From contig DAOUCN010000125.1 of NCBI GenBank assembly GCA_034431995.1, forward strand, positions 1-51,064: DNA of 51,064 bases. The letters run 5' to 3'. Positions 14,039 through 23,898 of this stretch are shown here, in pieces. A model generated the notes under the pieces. It saw only the letters and a program-made list of their open reading frames with translations. It was not told the DNA's origin and ran no database searches. A program made the position numbers and the translations under genes. Source of the stretch: Chloroflexota bacterium (GTDB lineage Bacteria > Chloroflexota > DTOL01 > DAOUCN01). Within the stretch, counting starts at the first letter, position 1. Every line of letters begins with the position of its first letter.

Positions 14039-16494
14039 AGCCCGTCAAGCCCATCGGCCCCCTGAATGCTCGCATCGCCCTGATCGGGGAGGCGCCGGGC
14101 AAGTGGGAGGCCCTGCGTGGCGAGCCCTTCGTGGGGGCAGCGGGCCAGAAGCTGGACACCTGGCTGCGCGAGTTAGGGGTCAACCGCCAGGACCTGTACA
14201 TCTGCAACGTCTTGGACTTCAAGCCGGCCGACACCGCCGCCAAGAACAATGACCTATCCTCGGTCTCGAAGGCCGAGATGGAGGCCGGGATCACCCGCCT
14301 GCATGAGCGCATGGCCGCGCTAGAGGACCCCTACGTCCTAGTGCCGACGGGGAACACGGCGCTGAAGGCGCTGACGGGGCTGAACGGGATCACCAAGTAC
14401 CGGGGGTCCATCGTCAGCTACGAGGACCTGAATGGGCGCACGATCAAGGTGATCCCCACTCTCCATCCGGCGAGCATCTTCTACGACGCGCATCCGGCCT
14501 GGGCCGAGAAGCACATCCGGATCGACTGGCGGCGCATCGTCGAGGAGTCCAAGACCCGCGAGATTGTGGTCCCGGAACGCCACCACCTGGTCTTCCCCAC
14601 GGAGAAGGAGATCAAGCAGTTCTACACAGAGGCCAAAAATGCGGAGATGATGTCCATCGACATCGAGACGCATAACGGGGCTATACTGTGTGTCGGATTC
14701 AGCTACGACCCGTCGTTCAGCCTCACGTTGCCGCTGCGCGACCGCCGCATGAAGCACAACCAGTCGTACATGCGGGAGTGGATTCACCGGCTGTGCTCGC
14801 TCGACACGGCGAAGGTGATGCAGAACGGGTTCTACGACGCCTATTGGCTCTGGATGAAGGAGCACATCTGGGTCGTGAACTACCTGTGGGACTGCAAGGC
14901 CATGCACCACTGTCTGGACCCCGTGGACCAGCACAGCCTGGCCTACATGCAGTCGGTCTACACGCTGGAGCCGTACCACAAGGACGAGGCCAAGGACGCC
15001 GACAAGAAGAACCAGTACATCAACGACATCGAGGCCTTGCACGTTTACTGCGGGCTGGACAACTGCGTGCAGCGGGAACTGGCCGGCACCTTCAAGGGGA
15101 TGCTGGAGGAGCAGGGGCGGCTGGAGTTCTACATGCAGCACTACGCGGCGATGTTCGAGCCCCTGCTGCACATGATGATCGGGGGTATCCGGACGGCGAG
15201 CGAGGACCGGCTGATGCGGCACGCGCAGTCGCAGGCCCGGACCATCGAGATCCAGGACCAGCTGACGGCGCTGATCGGATACTCGATCCACGCCAAGAAG
15301 GACCTGTCCCCGAAGAAGCTGGCGCAGGCCCTGTACGAGACGCTGAAGCTGCCCAAGCAGTTCAAGAAGGGCACCAAGACGGCCGACGAGGTGGCGTTGC
15401 GGAAGCTGCTCCTCTACGCCCAGGAGAAGCTGCGGAACGTGAACAACCCCCGGTCTCGCAACCGGGACCCGGAGCACTGGCAGAAGGTCATCACGGTGCT
15501 GGAGCTCTTGCTGGAGAGCCGGGGCACGACCAAGGTGCGGGCCTTCGTGGACCAGCGGAAGGCCGACAAGGACGGCTATCTGCGCTGCGAGTTGGGGTTC
15601 ACCACCGAGTCGGGGCGCCTGGAGTCCAAGAAGAACCCGCTGGGGACCGGCCAGAACCTGCAGAACATCGACCGCCGGGCCAGGGACACGTTCATCCCGG
15701 ACGAGGGGCACATCTTCCTGGAAGTGGACATGTCGCAGATCGAGTCCCGGATCATCTTCTGCCTGACTGGGGACGAGAAGCTGATCGAACTGGCCCGCAC
15801 GAAGCCGTGGGAGTTCGACCAGCACACCTACAACGCAAGCCGGCTGTTCGGGGTGCCCGAGGCCGAGGTCACCAAGGAGCAGCGGCACATCGGGAAGATC
15901 GCCGTGCATGGCGCCCAGCGCGGGATGCGAGGGAAGCGGCTGTCCGAGAACCTGCTGAAGCAGGGGACGGTGAAGACCCCGAAGGAGTGCGACGAACTGG
16001 TGGACCGCTACTTCGCGGAGTTCCCGGCGCTCAACGACTACTTCGCCAGCATTCGGAAGAAGGTCCTGACAGATCGCTACCTGCAGAACAGCTGGGGCCG
16101 GATCTGGGACGTGCGCTGGGAGTGGCTCTCGGATGATCTGTACCGCCGGGCGTACAGCTTCCTGCCCCAGTCCGAGACGGCCGATCTGCTGAACCAGTGG
16201 GGGCTGATCCCCCTGCACGATCACCTGTCGATCCGCCAGGGCGAGACGCCATGGCCTCGGCTGGTGATGCAGATCCATGACGCGCTGTTGGTCTCCACCC
16301 CGCCACAATACGCCTTCGAGCTCGCGGTGTTCCTGCAGCGTCACCTGGAGCGGACTCGCACGCTGACCAACGGGGTCACCCTGAGCGTCCCAGTGACGTT
16401 CAAGATCGGGCGCACCTGGAAGGGCGACTACGAGTTCAACCAGCTACCGTCCGAGGAGGAGTTCAGTGCCGCAGTTGCCAAGCTATCCGCCTGA
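14035..16494 (+). CDS. Family-A DNA polymerase with an N-terminal family-4-like uracil-DNA-glycosylase domain and a 3'-5' exonuclease domain (819 aa)
   Basis: UDG part: GEAPG...GEPFVGAAGQKL...LHPAS. Exonuclease motifs: SIDIETH, QNGFYDAYWL, YCGLDNC. Polymerase motifs: A VDMSQIESR, B RHIGKIAVHGAQRGM, C QIHDALLV. Confidence 0.85.
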   Translation: MKPVKPIGPLNARIALIGEAPGKWEALRGEPFVGAAGQKLDTWLRELGVNRQDLYICNVLDFKPADTAAKNNDLSSVSKAEMEAGITRLHERMAALEDPYVLVPTGNTALKALTGLNGITKYRGSIVSYEDLNGRTIKVIPTLHPASIFYDAHPAWAEKHIRIDWRRIVEESKTREIVVPERHHLVFPTEKEIKQFYTEAKNAEMMSIDIETHNGAILCVGFSYDPSFSLTLPLRDRRMKHNQSYMREWIHRLCSLDTAKVMQNGFYDAYWLWMKEHIWVVNYLWDCKAMHHCLDPVDQHSLAYMQSVYTLEPYHKDEAKDADKKNQYINDIEALHVYCGLDNCVQRELAGTFKGMLEEQGRLEFYMQHYAAMFEPLLHMMIGGIRTASEDRLMRHAQSQARTIEIQDQLTALIGYSIHAKKDLSPKKLAQALYETLKLPKQFKKGTKTADEVALRKLLLYAQEKLRNVNNPRSRNRDPEHWQKVITVLELLLESRGTTKVRAFVDQRKADKDGYLRCELGFTTESGRLESKKNPLGTGQNLQNIDRRARDTFIPDEGHIFLEVDMSQIESRIIFCLTGDEKLIELARTKPWEFDQHTYNASRLFGVPEAEVTKEQRHIGKIAVHGAQRGMRGKRLSENLLKQGTVKTPKECDELVDRYFAEFPALNDYFASIRKKVLTDRYLQNSWGRIWDVRWEWLSDDLYRRAYSFLPQSETADLLNQWGLIPLHDHLSIRQGETPWPRLVMQIHDALLVSTPPQYAFELAVFLQRHLERTRTLTNGVTLSVPVTFKIGRTWKGDYEFNQLPSEEEFSAAVAKLSA

Positions 16495-17677
16495 CGAGAC
16501 CACCGATCTCCTGACCTGGTACGTCTACGCAGTCGGGGAGTCGGAGGTCCCCGAGATCTTCCACCACTGGTGCTTCCTCAGCCTGGTCGCGTCCTGCGTG
16601 CAGAACCGGGTGTGGGTGCCTCGGTTCCGCTCCAAGATGTACCCCAACCTGTACCTGATGCTGATCGGGGAGTCGGGGTGCGGCAAGAATACGGCTATCG
16701 GCCTCGCCCAGCGGCTAGGACGCGAGCTCGACCGCCAGTCGGCCGTGAACCCGTACCGGGGGAAGATCACCGCACAGGCCCTGATCTCGCGCCTGGGGAC
16801 CCCTCCTGGGCAGAAGCCGAACCCCTCGTACATTTGGCTGGTGACCCCGGAACTGTCGATGGCAGTCGGGGATGGGGACCAGGCCAGGGGCTTCGTGAAG
16901 CACATGACGGAGCTCTACGAGGGGGACTACGACTTCATGGAGGAGACCCGGACACGGGGGACGTTCTGCCTGAAGGACCCCTGCGTGAACTGGCTGTCGG
17001 GGACCACGCCCGACTGGCTGGTGGACACGGTGTCGCGGAAGGACATCCAGTCCGGGTTCTTCGCCCGCGTCCAGCCCATCTGGGGTGAGAAGTCCGAGAA
17101 GCGCTACGTTCAGCCGGCCATCCCGGCGCGGGCCGATGACGTCTGGCACGGGCTGATCGGGCGGCTGAACCTCTTGACGTCGCTCACGGGCGGCTTCGCC
17201 GTCACGCGCAACGCCCGGCAGGCGCATGCGGACTGGTACCTGAACCGCCGTAAGCCGGCCAAGGAAGAGGGCACGCTGCCCTACTGGGAGCGGCAGGACG
17301 ACATCGTCTGGAAGCTGGCGATGGTGTTCAGCCTCTGCCGGGAGCCGGACCTGGAGATCCGGGCGCAGGACATGGAGCGGGCCATCGTGTACTCGGAGAG
17401 CGTCCGCGAGTTCATCCCGCAGCTGCAGGAGTACACCTGGCAGAACAAGCAGACCGAGATGCTGGACTTCGTGATCGCCCTGATCCGCCGAGCCGGGGGA
17501 CGGGCACACCACTCGATGCTCCTGCGGAAGGTCGGAGGCCGAGGGATGCACGCCCAGGAGTTCAGCCAGCTGATGCAGACCCTGGAGGAGCAGCGCCGCA
17601 TTATCCGGACGGTGAAGAAGTCTCGGGGGATGAAGGGCACCACCACCATCTACAGCCTGATTGAGGAGGACGACTGA
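16466..17677 (+). CDS. P-loop NTPase, DUF3987/VirE-like putative replicative helicase (403 aa)
   Basis: Walker A LIGESGCGKN. GTG start at 16466 behind GAGGAGGA. Position directly after the polymerase. No primase domain seen. Confidence 0.55.
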   Translation: MPQLPSYPPDETTDLLTWYVYAVGESEVPEIFHHWCFLSLVASCVQNRVWVPRFRSKMYPNLYLMLIGESGCGKNTAIGLAQRLGRELDRQSAVNPYRGKITAQALISRLGTPPGQKPNPSYIWLVTPELSMAVGDGDQARGFVKHMTELYEGDYDFMEETRTRGTFCLKDPCVNWLSGTTPDWLVDTVSRKDIQSGFFARVQPIWGEKSEKRYVQPAIPARADDVWHGLIGRLNLLTSLTGGFAVTRNARQAHADWYLNRRKPAKEEGTLPYWERQDDIVWKLAMVFSLCREPDLEIRAQDMERAIVYSESVREFIPQLQEYTWQNKQTEMLDFVIALIRRAGGRAHHSMLLRKVGGRGMHAQEFSQLMQTLEEQRRIIRTVKKSRGMKGTTTIYSLIEEDD

Positions 17678-17856
17678 TGCCCATTCGAGACAAGGCCGGC
17701 GTGACGGCGATGCCCTGTGGCTGCGCCATCATCTACGAGTGGAACGAGCTCGAAGGCTTTACGGCGTTCGACCTTCGCCTGTGTGGCGAGGTCCACCGCC
17801 CGAAGCCCAAGAGCCCAAACCCCGAGCCCGCCGAGGACGAAGTCCGAGGCGACTAG
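17677..17856 (+). CDS. Small Cys-containing protein (59 aa, MPIRDKAGVTAMPCGCAIIYEW...)
   Basis: Translated by hand (one codon below the track cutoff). TGATG coupling to the helicase-like gene with GAGGAGGA upstream. Its 3' end contains element copy n. Confidence 0.4.
   Translation: MPIRDKAGVTAMPCGCAIIYEWNELEGFTAFDLRLCGEVHRPKPKSPNPEPAEDEVRGD
17811..17849 (+). repeat. Dispersed bipartite element, copy n
   Basis: GAGCCCAAACCCCGAGCCCGCCGAGGACGAAGTCCGAGG; hairpin GGAC-GAA-GTCC. Confidence 0.8.
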
Positions 17857-17857
17857 G

Positions 17858-20365
17858 TTAGTCGCGCAACCGCTCGTACTGCTGCCGGAAGGCGGCACCC
17901 AGACCACCGAGCTCACGGCTCGTGGCCGAGATTAGGCGGTCCTGGTCGTCTCGGGTGTCGTCTCCGGTGAGCAGTCCGATGCCCATCGAGTTGATCGACC
18001 CGATGCCGTCCATCATGTTCACCAGGGTCGAGGCGACCGGCGGGATGAACATGTTGGTCAGGTTGAAGCGGTTACCCTGTGAGGCGGACCACGCGATGTC
18101 CGACAGTATCCCGAGGCTCCCCGCCTGGACGAAGGCCGCTACGCCGAATGCCAGCGTGGACATGGAGAACGGGTCGGCCATCGCCTCGTCCAGCCAGTTG
18201 TCGATCTGCTGAGACAACTCGGTCTCGCCCATCGTAAAGGCCCGCAACTTCGCCAGGCCGTAGCCAAGCGCCGGGTAGGTCAGCAGCACTGCTGCCACCG
18301 CTCGCCGCCGACGCGCCAGGTCCCCGTGGGGACCGATGACCTCGTTGGTCATGAAGCGGGCCTGGTTCAGGGCGAAGGTCTTGAACTGGTAGACGAACTT
18401 CCCGAGAGCATGCTCGTTGGCCCACAGCGGGAGGAATTGCACGCCTCCACGGAACTGGGTGGAATCAGAGACCCGGACGCCCGCGATCTCCCGCATGAAC
18501 TTGATGGCCTGCTCGTCGCCGTCGATGACCGCCTTCCGCAGCGGCTCCCAGTGGAAGCCGAGCTCCTTCGTGCGGGCTATCATCTCGGCCAGCTGCGAGC
18601 CCTTGGGCTCGGTCTTCATCACGCGGATGATGTCGTCGAAGTAGTGCTCGCCCGCCCGCTGGGCCAGGAAGCGGTTCATGACTTCGACCTTCTCGAAGGC
18701 CGACAGCGAGAACCCCGTCAGCTTCTCGCGGCCCACCTGGAGGCTCTTGATGATGCGGTTGTCCGGCACGGCACGGAGCAGCTGCGCAAAGCCGTTGCTC
18801 TGCACCTCTTGGAGCGAGTCCTGGAGGAACATGAGGGCGGACTGCCCCTCGAACATGCGCTTCGGCATGGCCCCGGTGCGCTCGACGTAGCGGCGCATAG
18901 CAAACCGATCCTGTGAGGACATCGTGATCGCGTCCCGTGCCGCCAGGATGAAGGGGCGCAGTCCGACACGGGTGACGGTGTTCGCGGACTGGGTAAGGTT
19001 CGACAGCACCGCCAGCGACAGCTTCGCGGCCTGCCAGTTGTAGAGCTCACGGGCCACACCAGACAGGTGCGCGCCTTCCTTGCCGATTTCCAGCCAGTAG
19101 GCCTTCTTGGCGACGCCGTATTGCTTCCCGCTGGTCTTGCGGATCTGTTCGAGGTAGCCGTGGACCCGCTCGTCCTTTGGGCCGAAGACCGTCCACTCGG
19201 CCATGCGGCGAGAGTTACGGGATATGGCAGTGACGTAGGCCTGACGGGCGTTGGTGGTGTAGCCATCAACCCCAAGACGGTCCGCCTCAACGTGCCCGGA
19301 ACGACGCTCAGCGTTCTTGGAGACGTACCGCTCTAGGATGGCTTCGGCTTCGGCGTACTTCAGGGGCTCGCCGTGCTTGGCCGAGGAGCGGATCAGACGC
19401 TGGACCGCCATCTCCCGATTGGTTGCCAGCCCCGCCTCAGCGATGACCTGGAGGGCGTCTTCCTTGGAGATCGTGCGCCCCTGCGAGGAGGCCGCCTCCA
19501 CCACATCGTCTACCAGCTGACGGGTCACGCGCTTCTCGCGCAGCGCCACCATGTCGAAGAAGTGGGGGAAGTAGTTGCCCGTCGGGTTCAACTCGGAGAT
19601 GCCGACCTTGGCCTTCACCGGGATCCCAAGGCGGGACATGCCGTCGTGGAACTCGTCCATGATCTTGGTGAGTTCGAGGCGTACCTGCTCCAGGGTCTCT
19701 CGACGCGTCGGGTTCGGGACCTCACCGTGCTCGACGTAGCGCTGGAAGCCGACCTCGATCTCGTCGGGGGTCAGCCGCTTGAGCGCTGCATCCGCACGGA
19801 CCATCGCCTGGCCCTTGAGCGACGCCTCCAGTTGGTTGGCTTGCCGGAACAGGTTCGCCAGCGCGTTGCCAGCCGGTCCCATGCGCGAGAGGGACGACTC
19901 CAGGGGAATCATCGCCTTCGCGCCGCCCAACTCCTGGAGGACCCGGAAGCCCGTGGTGTAGCGAGTGACGTCGGTCATCGCCGGCTTCCCGTCCAGGTAC
20001 TGGGCAGCGGTGGTGTACAGGTCGTTGACCGAGAGCGGCTCCGACTGGTTCAACTCGGCGGCGATGGTCTTCTCGGCCTCGTTGATACGGCGGGTCGTGC
20101 GCGCCTTGTTCTTGCGCGAGTCGGAGAACGCTCGCAGGGCCTGCAGCGTCTTCTCGCGGGCCTCAACCAAGGTGTCCCCCGCCAGGGTGGACGTCTGCGG
20201 CACCTCGCCCCAGGCCTTGTGGACGACGAAGATCTTGTTGTCCTCGCCACGGTAGATCTTGGCCCCTACACCGCGCCCGTACTGGACGAGACTCCCCAGA
20301 TCGGGGTCGTCCTTGTCCACGCGCTTCAGGTGCGGATGCTTCACGCAGAATGGATCAAGAGGCAT
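17858..20365 (-). CDS. Large virion / internal (ejection-type) protein, function unknown (835 aa)
   Basis: ORF track; RBS TAGGAG. Last gene of the late block. C-terminal hydrophobic Gly/Ala-rich segments. Confidence 0.75.
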   Translation of the reverse strand: MPLDPFCVKHPHLKRVDKDDPDLGSLVQYGRGVGAKIYRGEDNKIFVVHKAWGEVPQTSTLAGDTLVEAREKTLQALRAFSDSRKNKARTTRRINEAEKTIAAELNQSEPLSVNDLYTTAAQYLDGKPAMTDVTRYTTGFRVLQELGGAKAMIPLESSLSRMGPAGNALANLFRQANQLEASLKGQAMVRADAALKRLTPDEIEVGFQRYVEHGEVPNPTRRETLEQVRLELTKIMDEFHDGMSRLGIPVKAKVGISELNPTGNYFPHFFDMVALREKRVTRQLVDDVVEAASSQGRTISKEDALQVIAEAGLATNREMAVQRLIRSSAKHGEPLKYAEAEAILERYVSKNAERRSGHVEADRLGVDGYTTNARQAYVTAISRNSRRMAEWTVFGPKDERVHGYLEQIRKTSGKQYGVAKKAYWLEIGKEGAHLSGVARELYNWQAAKLSLAVLSNLTQSANTVTRVGLRPFILAARDAITMSSQDRFAMRRYVERTGAMPKRMFEGQSALMFLQDSLQEVQSNGFAQLLRAVPDNRIIKSLQVGREKLTGFSLSAFEKVEVMNRFLAQRAGEHYFDDIIRVMKTEPKGSQLAEMIARTKELGFHWEPLRKAVIDGDEQAIKFMREIAGVRVSDSTQFRGGVQFLPLWANEHALGKFVYQFKTFALNQARFMTNEVIGPHGDLARRRRAVAAVLLTYPALGYGLAKLRAFTMGETELSQQIDNWLDEAMADPFSMSTLAFGVAAFVQAGSLGILSDIAWSASQGNRFNLTNMFIPPVASTLVNMMDGIGSINSMGIGLLTGDDTRDDQDRLISATSRELGGLGAAFRQQYERLRD

Positions 20366-20383
20366 ACACCACTCCTAGCACAT

Positions 20384-20424
20384 CCCCTCGGCCTTGCGGC
20401 CTCGGGGGGCCTGGGGTTTGGCCC
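20384..20424 (-). repeat. Dispersed bipartite element, copy d
   Basis: Minus-strand reading GGGCCAAACCCCAGGCCCCCCGAGGCCGCAAGGCCGAGGGG; hairpin GGCC-GCAA-GGCC. It fills the 60-bp gap between two large genes. Confidence 0.85.
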
Positions 20425-20425
20425 A

Positions 20426-23400
20426 TTACGGGCACTTCTTGGACGGCTCGCGCTTGCCGGCTTCGACGTTGGCTTTGATGGCGTCCGCCTTGGCGCCGGG
20501 GGGATGGGTCTCGGCCGCACCGGGCTTCTCCCACCCGATCAATTCACTTTCCAGGTAGTCCAAGCGCCGGGCCATCTGCTCGTCGAGGAAGATGGCCATG
20601 CGGCGGCGCATCGCGTTGCCCTTCTCGCCCTTTGCCACGACCCACTCGTTCACCGGGTCGAAGACGGTCTTCTCCTTGAAGGCGAGCGTCGGGCTCTCCG
20701 TGTCCACGACGGTCGTCTTCCGCCTCTTGTACATGGGACCGGCCAGGTTGTACTTCTGACGCGGCTCCAGATTGCGGACGTCGCTGGTGAAGCGGTTCTC
20801 CAACTCCTGCTCCATCATCCCGACGAAGTCGTCGAATGTGCCTCGGGCGTTCCCGCGCGCGGTGGTGCCCGTCTTGTGGAGCATGGCGAAGGTGTTGTCG
20901 TCGTACTCGGCCCCGATGCCGACCTTGGCGCGCTTGGACATCGCCCGATTCTCGGGGTGAATCCACTCGGCCAGCCGGAGCTCGCCGTCTTCCAGGGCAG
21001 ATAGGATGTTGACGATGGGAATCGTGACCGGCTCCTCGGAGATGCCTCCGACCATATACACGTCGGCGCCTTCGACCTTGGTGATGCGGTAGAGGAAGTC
21101 GGGGTTCTTCTTGTCCGGGGACATGATGTAGATTTCCTGCCCCGGCTTGATCTCGCGCTCGCCCGCGACCTGGCGCAGACGCTCCAGCTTCAGCTGCTTC
21201 TCCTTGGCAGTTGCTCGCTTCAGGAGGGCGGATTGGACCTTCAGGTTGCCGGACTGGTCCAGCAGCGCAAAGAGTTGATCCCCGTTCTCGTAGCGGACGG
21301 TGGCCCCGCCATCGAGGCCGATGCTCACCACGGTCACCTGCTCGCCCGGTCCGCCTTCGAGCGGGCCACGGAGGGTAATCTGCTGCCCCGGCTCCAGGCG
21401 GGCGCCGGCCGAGATGAACGGAGGCGGCTGGTTCCGCATCACGAACTCGATCTCGTTGGCGCTGATGCCTTCCTGGGCAGGCAGCCACCGGCCGGTCTTC
21501 TTGTCGCGGCTCTTGGGCGTGAAGGTCGTGATCTCGCCCGTGGGACCGACGGCCGCAATGTCCGTGCCCAGGAGGCCCTTGATCGGACGGGCACGGGTCT
21601 GCACGGCCCGGTCCAGGTTCATCACGATGGGCGGGAGGGGCTGGATCGCGGAGTTCGCGGCCACGGAAGCGGTGTTGACGACCTTCCCGGAGGTGGAGTC
21701 GATGGTGTAGCCGGCGCGCTCGATGACCGCCTGGGCGTAGTCGTCCTCGGTCATGCCCAGCTGCCGGAGGGCGTCCTTGCGGGACCACGAGCCGGCCATC
21801 TCGTCCGCGATCGCGACGGCGTCGAGGTTAGCCTTCTTCTTGAGCTCGTCCACCTTGGTGACCAGCTGGTCAAGGGCGCCCTTGACGTCCCCCTTCTCGG
21901 GGGTGATACCGGCCTCCTTCAAGGCCTGCTTCAGCTGCTTCGAGTAGGTCTTCGGCGGGCCGTTCTTCTTGTAGCGGTTGGCCACCGCCTCCATCGTGGG
22001 CGTGATGCCCTCGGTGTTGGCGAAGATGTGCCCGGCCAGGGTCCGGCCCTTCTCGCGGGCCTTCGTCTCCCGCAGTTCGGACGGGGTGACCTGGTTCTCC
22101 TTGGCGAACTTCTTGACCGCGTCTTCCCCGGCGTCGAAGACCGTGTCCTTGAAGGTCTTGGTGTAGCGGCCCAGCACATCGGAGACGGGCGAGACCTCCG
22201 TGGGGGCAACCTCGGGGCTGAACTTCTGGGAGAGGTAGGCCTGGGTGTACGCCAGGACCTCCAACTCGTTATCGACTTCCTTCTGGGCCTTCCCGAGGCG
22301 GGCAATCGTCTTGTCGGGGTGCTCGCTCGGGTACGGGGTGCGGTCGAGGAAGTCCGTGAGTTCGCGGGGCGTGCGACCCTCGATGGGGTCGGACTCCAGC
22401 ATGATTTTCTCCCAGACGTGGGCGAAGTCGTCCGCCGTCTGGGGCACCTTGGGGCGCAGCATCGGGAGGCCGGCACGACCAGGGGGCTCGGCCACTTCCA
22501 TCGGACGGCCGAACTCGTCTAGCACCTGGGACGGCCGGGTGTTCTGGTAGAAGTCGGGGAGATCGGGGATCGCCTCAGCGCTCTTGGTCGGGTCGAGGAA
22601 CGTGCGCTTGCCGCCCGGCGTGACGCCCGGCAGCAGGTACACGGGGGTCTCGCGACTCTTGCCGGCTGGATCGAGGGGGTCGCGGACGAGCTCCCCGAAC
22701 TTGTTGATCTCGTTGAACTTTCCCTCGATGTTCTGGATGTGGATCATCCCCGCCTTGTGGGCGTCGATCAGCTGCTGCATCCGTTCGGGGGTGAGGTTGG
22801 TCTCGGTCTTGTCCCAGCGCTTCTGGAAGCCGAACTCTGGCGCATCCACGGTCGGCTCGTAGTGGATGGTCAGTGGCTTGTCGTTGAACTTGACCTCGGT
22901 GCGGAGGACGGCGTCCCGCTGCATCCGGAGGATGTGCTGGCCGACCTCGGTGTGGAGGAGCTCGGGCTGCGCCTTCAGGAGGTCGCGGATCATCTTGGCC
23001 TCGGGGCCGTACACCGGCTGCGTGGCGACCTTCTCCGCAAAGGTGGCGGCCTCCTCGGTCGTCATGCCGGTCTTCTTCTTCACGGCGTTGACGAAGGCGG
23101 GGCCGTCTTCGTTGACGAACTTGGCGAAGCCGGAGTCGTTCAGGCCTTCGAGGCCCTGGAGGATGCGCTGGGTGCGGAACTGGCCGAACTTCTGAGCGGC
23201 ACGGCCGAGGCCCAAGAAGCCGAGCGACAGGATGCCGACGCCCAGCGGGGTCTCGACGAAGTCCTCGAAGGGCTTGACCTCGCCGCGCTCCATCGCGGAG
23301 ACGCCGCCCAGCATCACGCCAGCGGTGATGTCGGTGGCCAGGAGCCCGGCGTACTTGCGCGCCACGGCGGACTTGCCGATCTGGGCAGCGAGGGTGGTGG

Positions 23401-23893
23401 CTTCCTCGGCTCCGACCTTGGCGAGCGCGCCCGTGACCCCTTCGGCCAGCGGCGTCAGGAGTTTGGCGCCTGCGTACTTAATCGCCACACTAGCACCCGC
23501 CCCCATGAGGACCGTCTCGACGGCGTCACGGGCGCCTTCCTGGAAGGCACGGGCGATGGGGTCTTCACTGGCGCCGAAGGTCTTCTCGGTGAAGTAGCGA
23601 CCGGGCTCGCCCGCCTGTGCGGAGCGGTAGCCATGAATCGCGCCCCCAACAATGGGGACGACGGAGGCCACGTCGGCAGCCGTCTCGCCCCAGCCCGGCT
23701 TCATCTGACGCAGCAGATCCCCAGCTACGGTGGACTGCTCGTCCGGCGTCAGGCCAGCGAACCCAGCATCCTGCGAGGCCAGGTGCTCGCGGAAGATGTC
23801 GAGTTGATCTGCCGGCCCCAGCCCACCAAAGCCAGGGTCGCGGATGACGCGGTTCAGGTTGTTGAGCCGCTGCTGCTCTTCCGGCAGAGGCAT
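20426..23893 (-). CDS. Very large virion-type protein (1155 aa) with N-terminal Gly/Ala-rich hydrophobic segments
   Basis: ORF track; largest ORF in the window. No catalytic motif recognised. Confidence 0.8.
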   Translation of the reverse strand: MPLPEEQQRLNNLNRVIRDPGFGGLGPADQLDIFREHLASQDAGFAGLTPDEQSTVAGDLLRQMKPGWGETAADVASVVPIVGGAIHGYRSAQAGEPGRYFTEKTFGASEDPIARAFQEGARDAVETVLMGAGASVAIKYAGAKLLTPLAEGVTGALAKVGAEEATTLAAQIGKSAVARKYAGLLATDITAGVMLGGVSAMERGEVKPFEDFVETPLGVGILSLGFLGLGRAAQKFGQFRTQRILQGLEGLNDSGFAKFVNEDGPAFVNAVKKKTGMTTEEAATFAEKVATQPVYGPEAKMIRDLLKAQPELLHTEVGQHILRMQRDAVLRTEVKFNDKPLTIHYEPTVDAPEFGFQKRWDKTETNLTPERMQQLIDAHKAGMIHIQNIEGKFNEINKFGELVRDPLDPAGKSRETPVYLLPGVTPGGKRTFLDPTKSAEAIPDLPDFYQNTRPSQVLDEFGRPMEVAEPPGRAGLPMLRPKVPQTADDFAHVWEKIMLESDPIEGRTPRELTDFLDRTPYPSEHPDKTIARLGKAQKEVDNELEVLAYTQAYLSQKFSPEVAPTEVSPVSDVLGRYTKTFKDTVFDAGEDAVKKFAKENQVTPSELRETKAREKGRTLAGHIFANTEGITPTMEAVANRYKKNGPPKTYSKQLKQALKEAGITPEKGDVKGALDQLVTKVDELKKKANLDAVAIADEMAGSWSRKDALRQLGMTEDDYAQAVIERAGYTIDSTSGKVVNTASVAANSAIQPLPPIVMNLDRAVQTRARPIKGLLGTDIAAVGPTGEITTFTPKSRDKKTGRWLPAQEGISANEIEFVMRNQPPPFISAGARLEPGQQITLRGPLEGGPGEQVTVVSIGLDGGATVRYENGDQLFALLDQSGNLKVQSALLKRATAKEKQLKLERLRQVAGEREIKPGQEIYIMSPDKKNPDFLYRITKVEGADVYMVGGISEEPVTIPIVNILSALEDGELRLAEWIHPENRAMSKRAKVGIGAEYDDNTFAMLHKTGTTARGNARGTFDDFVGMMEQELENRFTSDVRNLEPRQKYNLAGPMYKRRKTTVVDTESPTLAFKEKTVFDPVNEWVVAKGEKGNAMRRRMAIFLDEQMARRLDYLESELIGWEKPGAAETHPPGAKADAIKANVEAGKREPSKKCP

Positions 23894-23898
23894 CAGCG

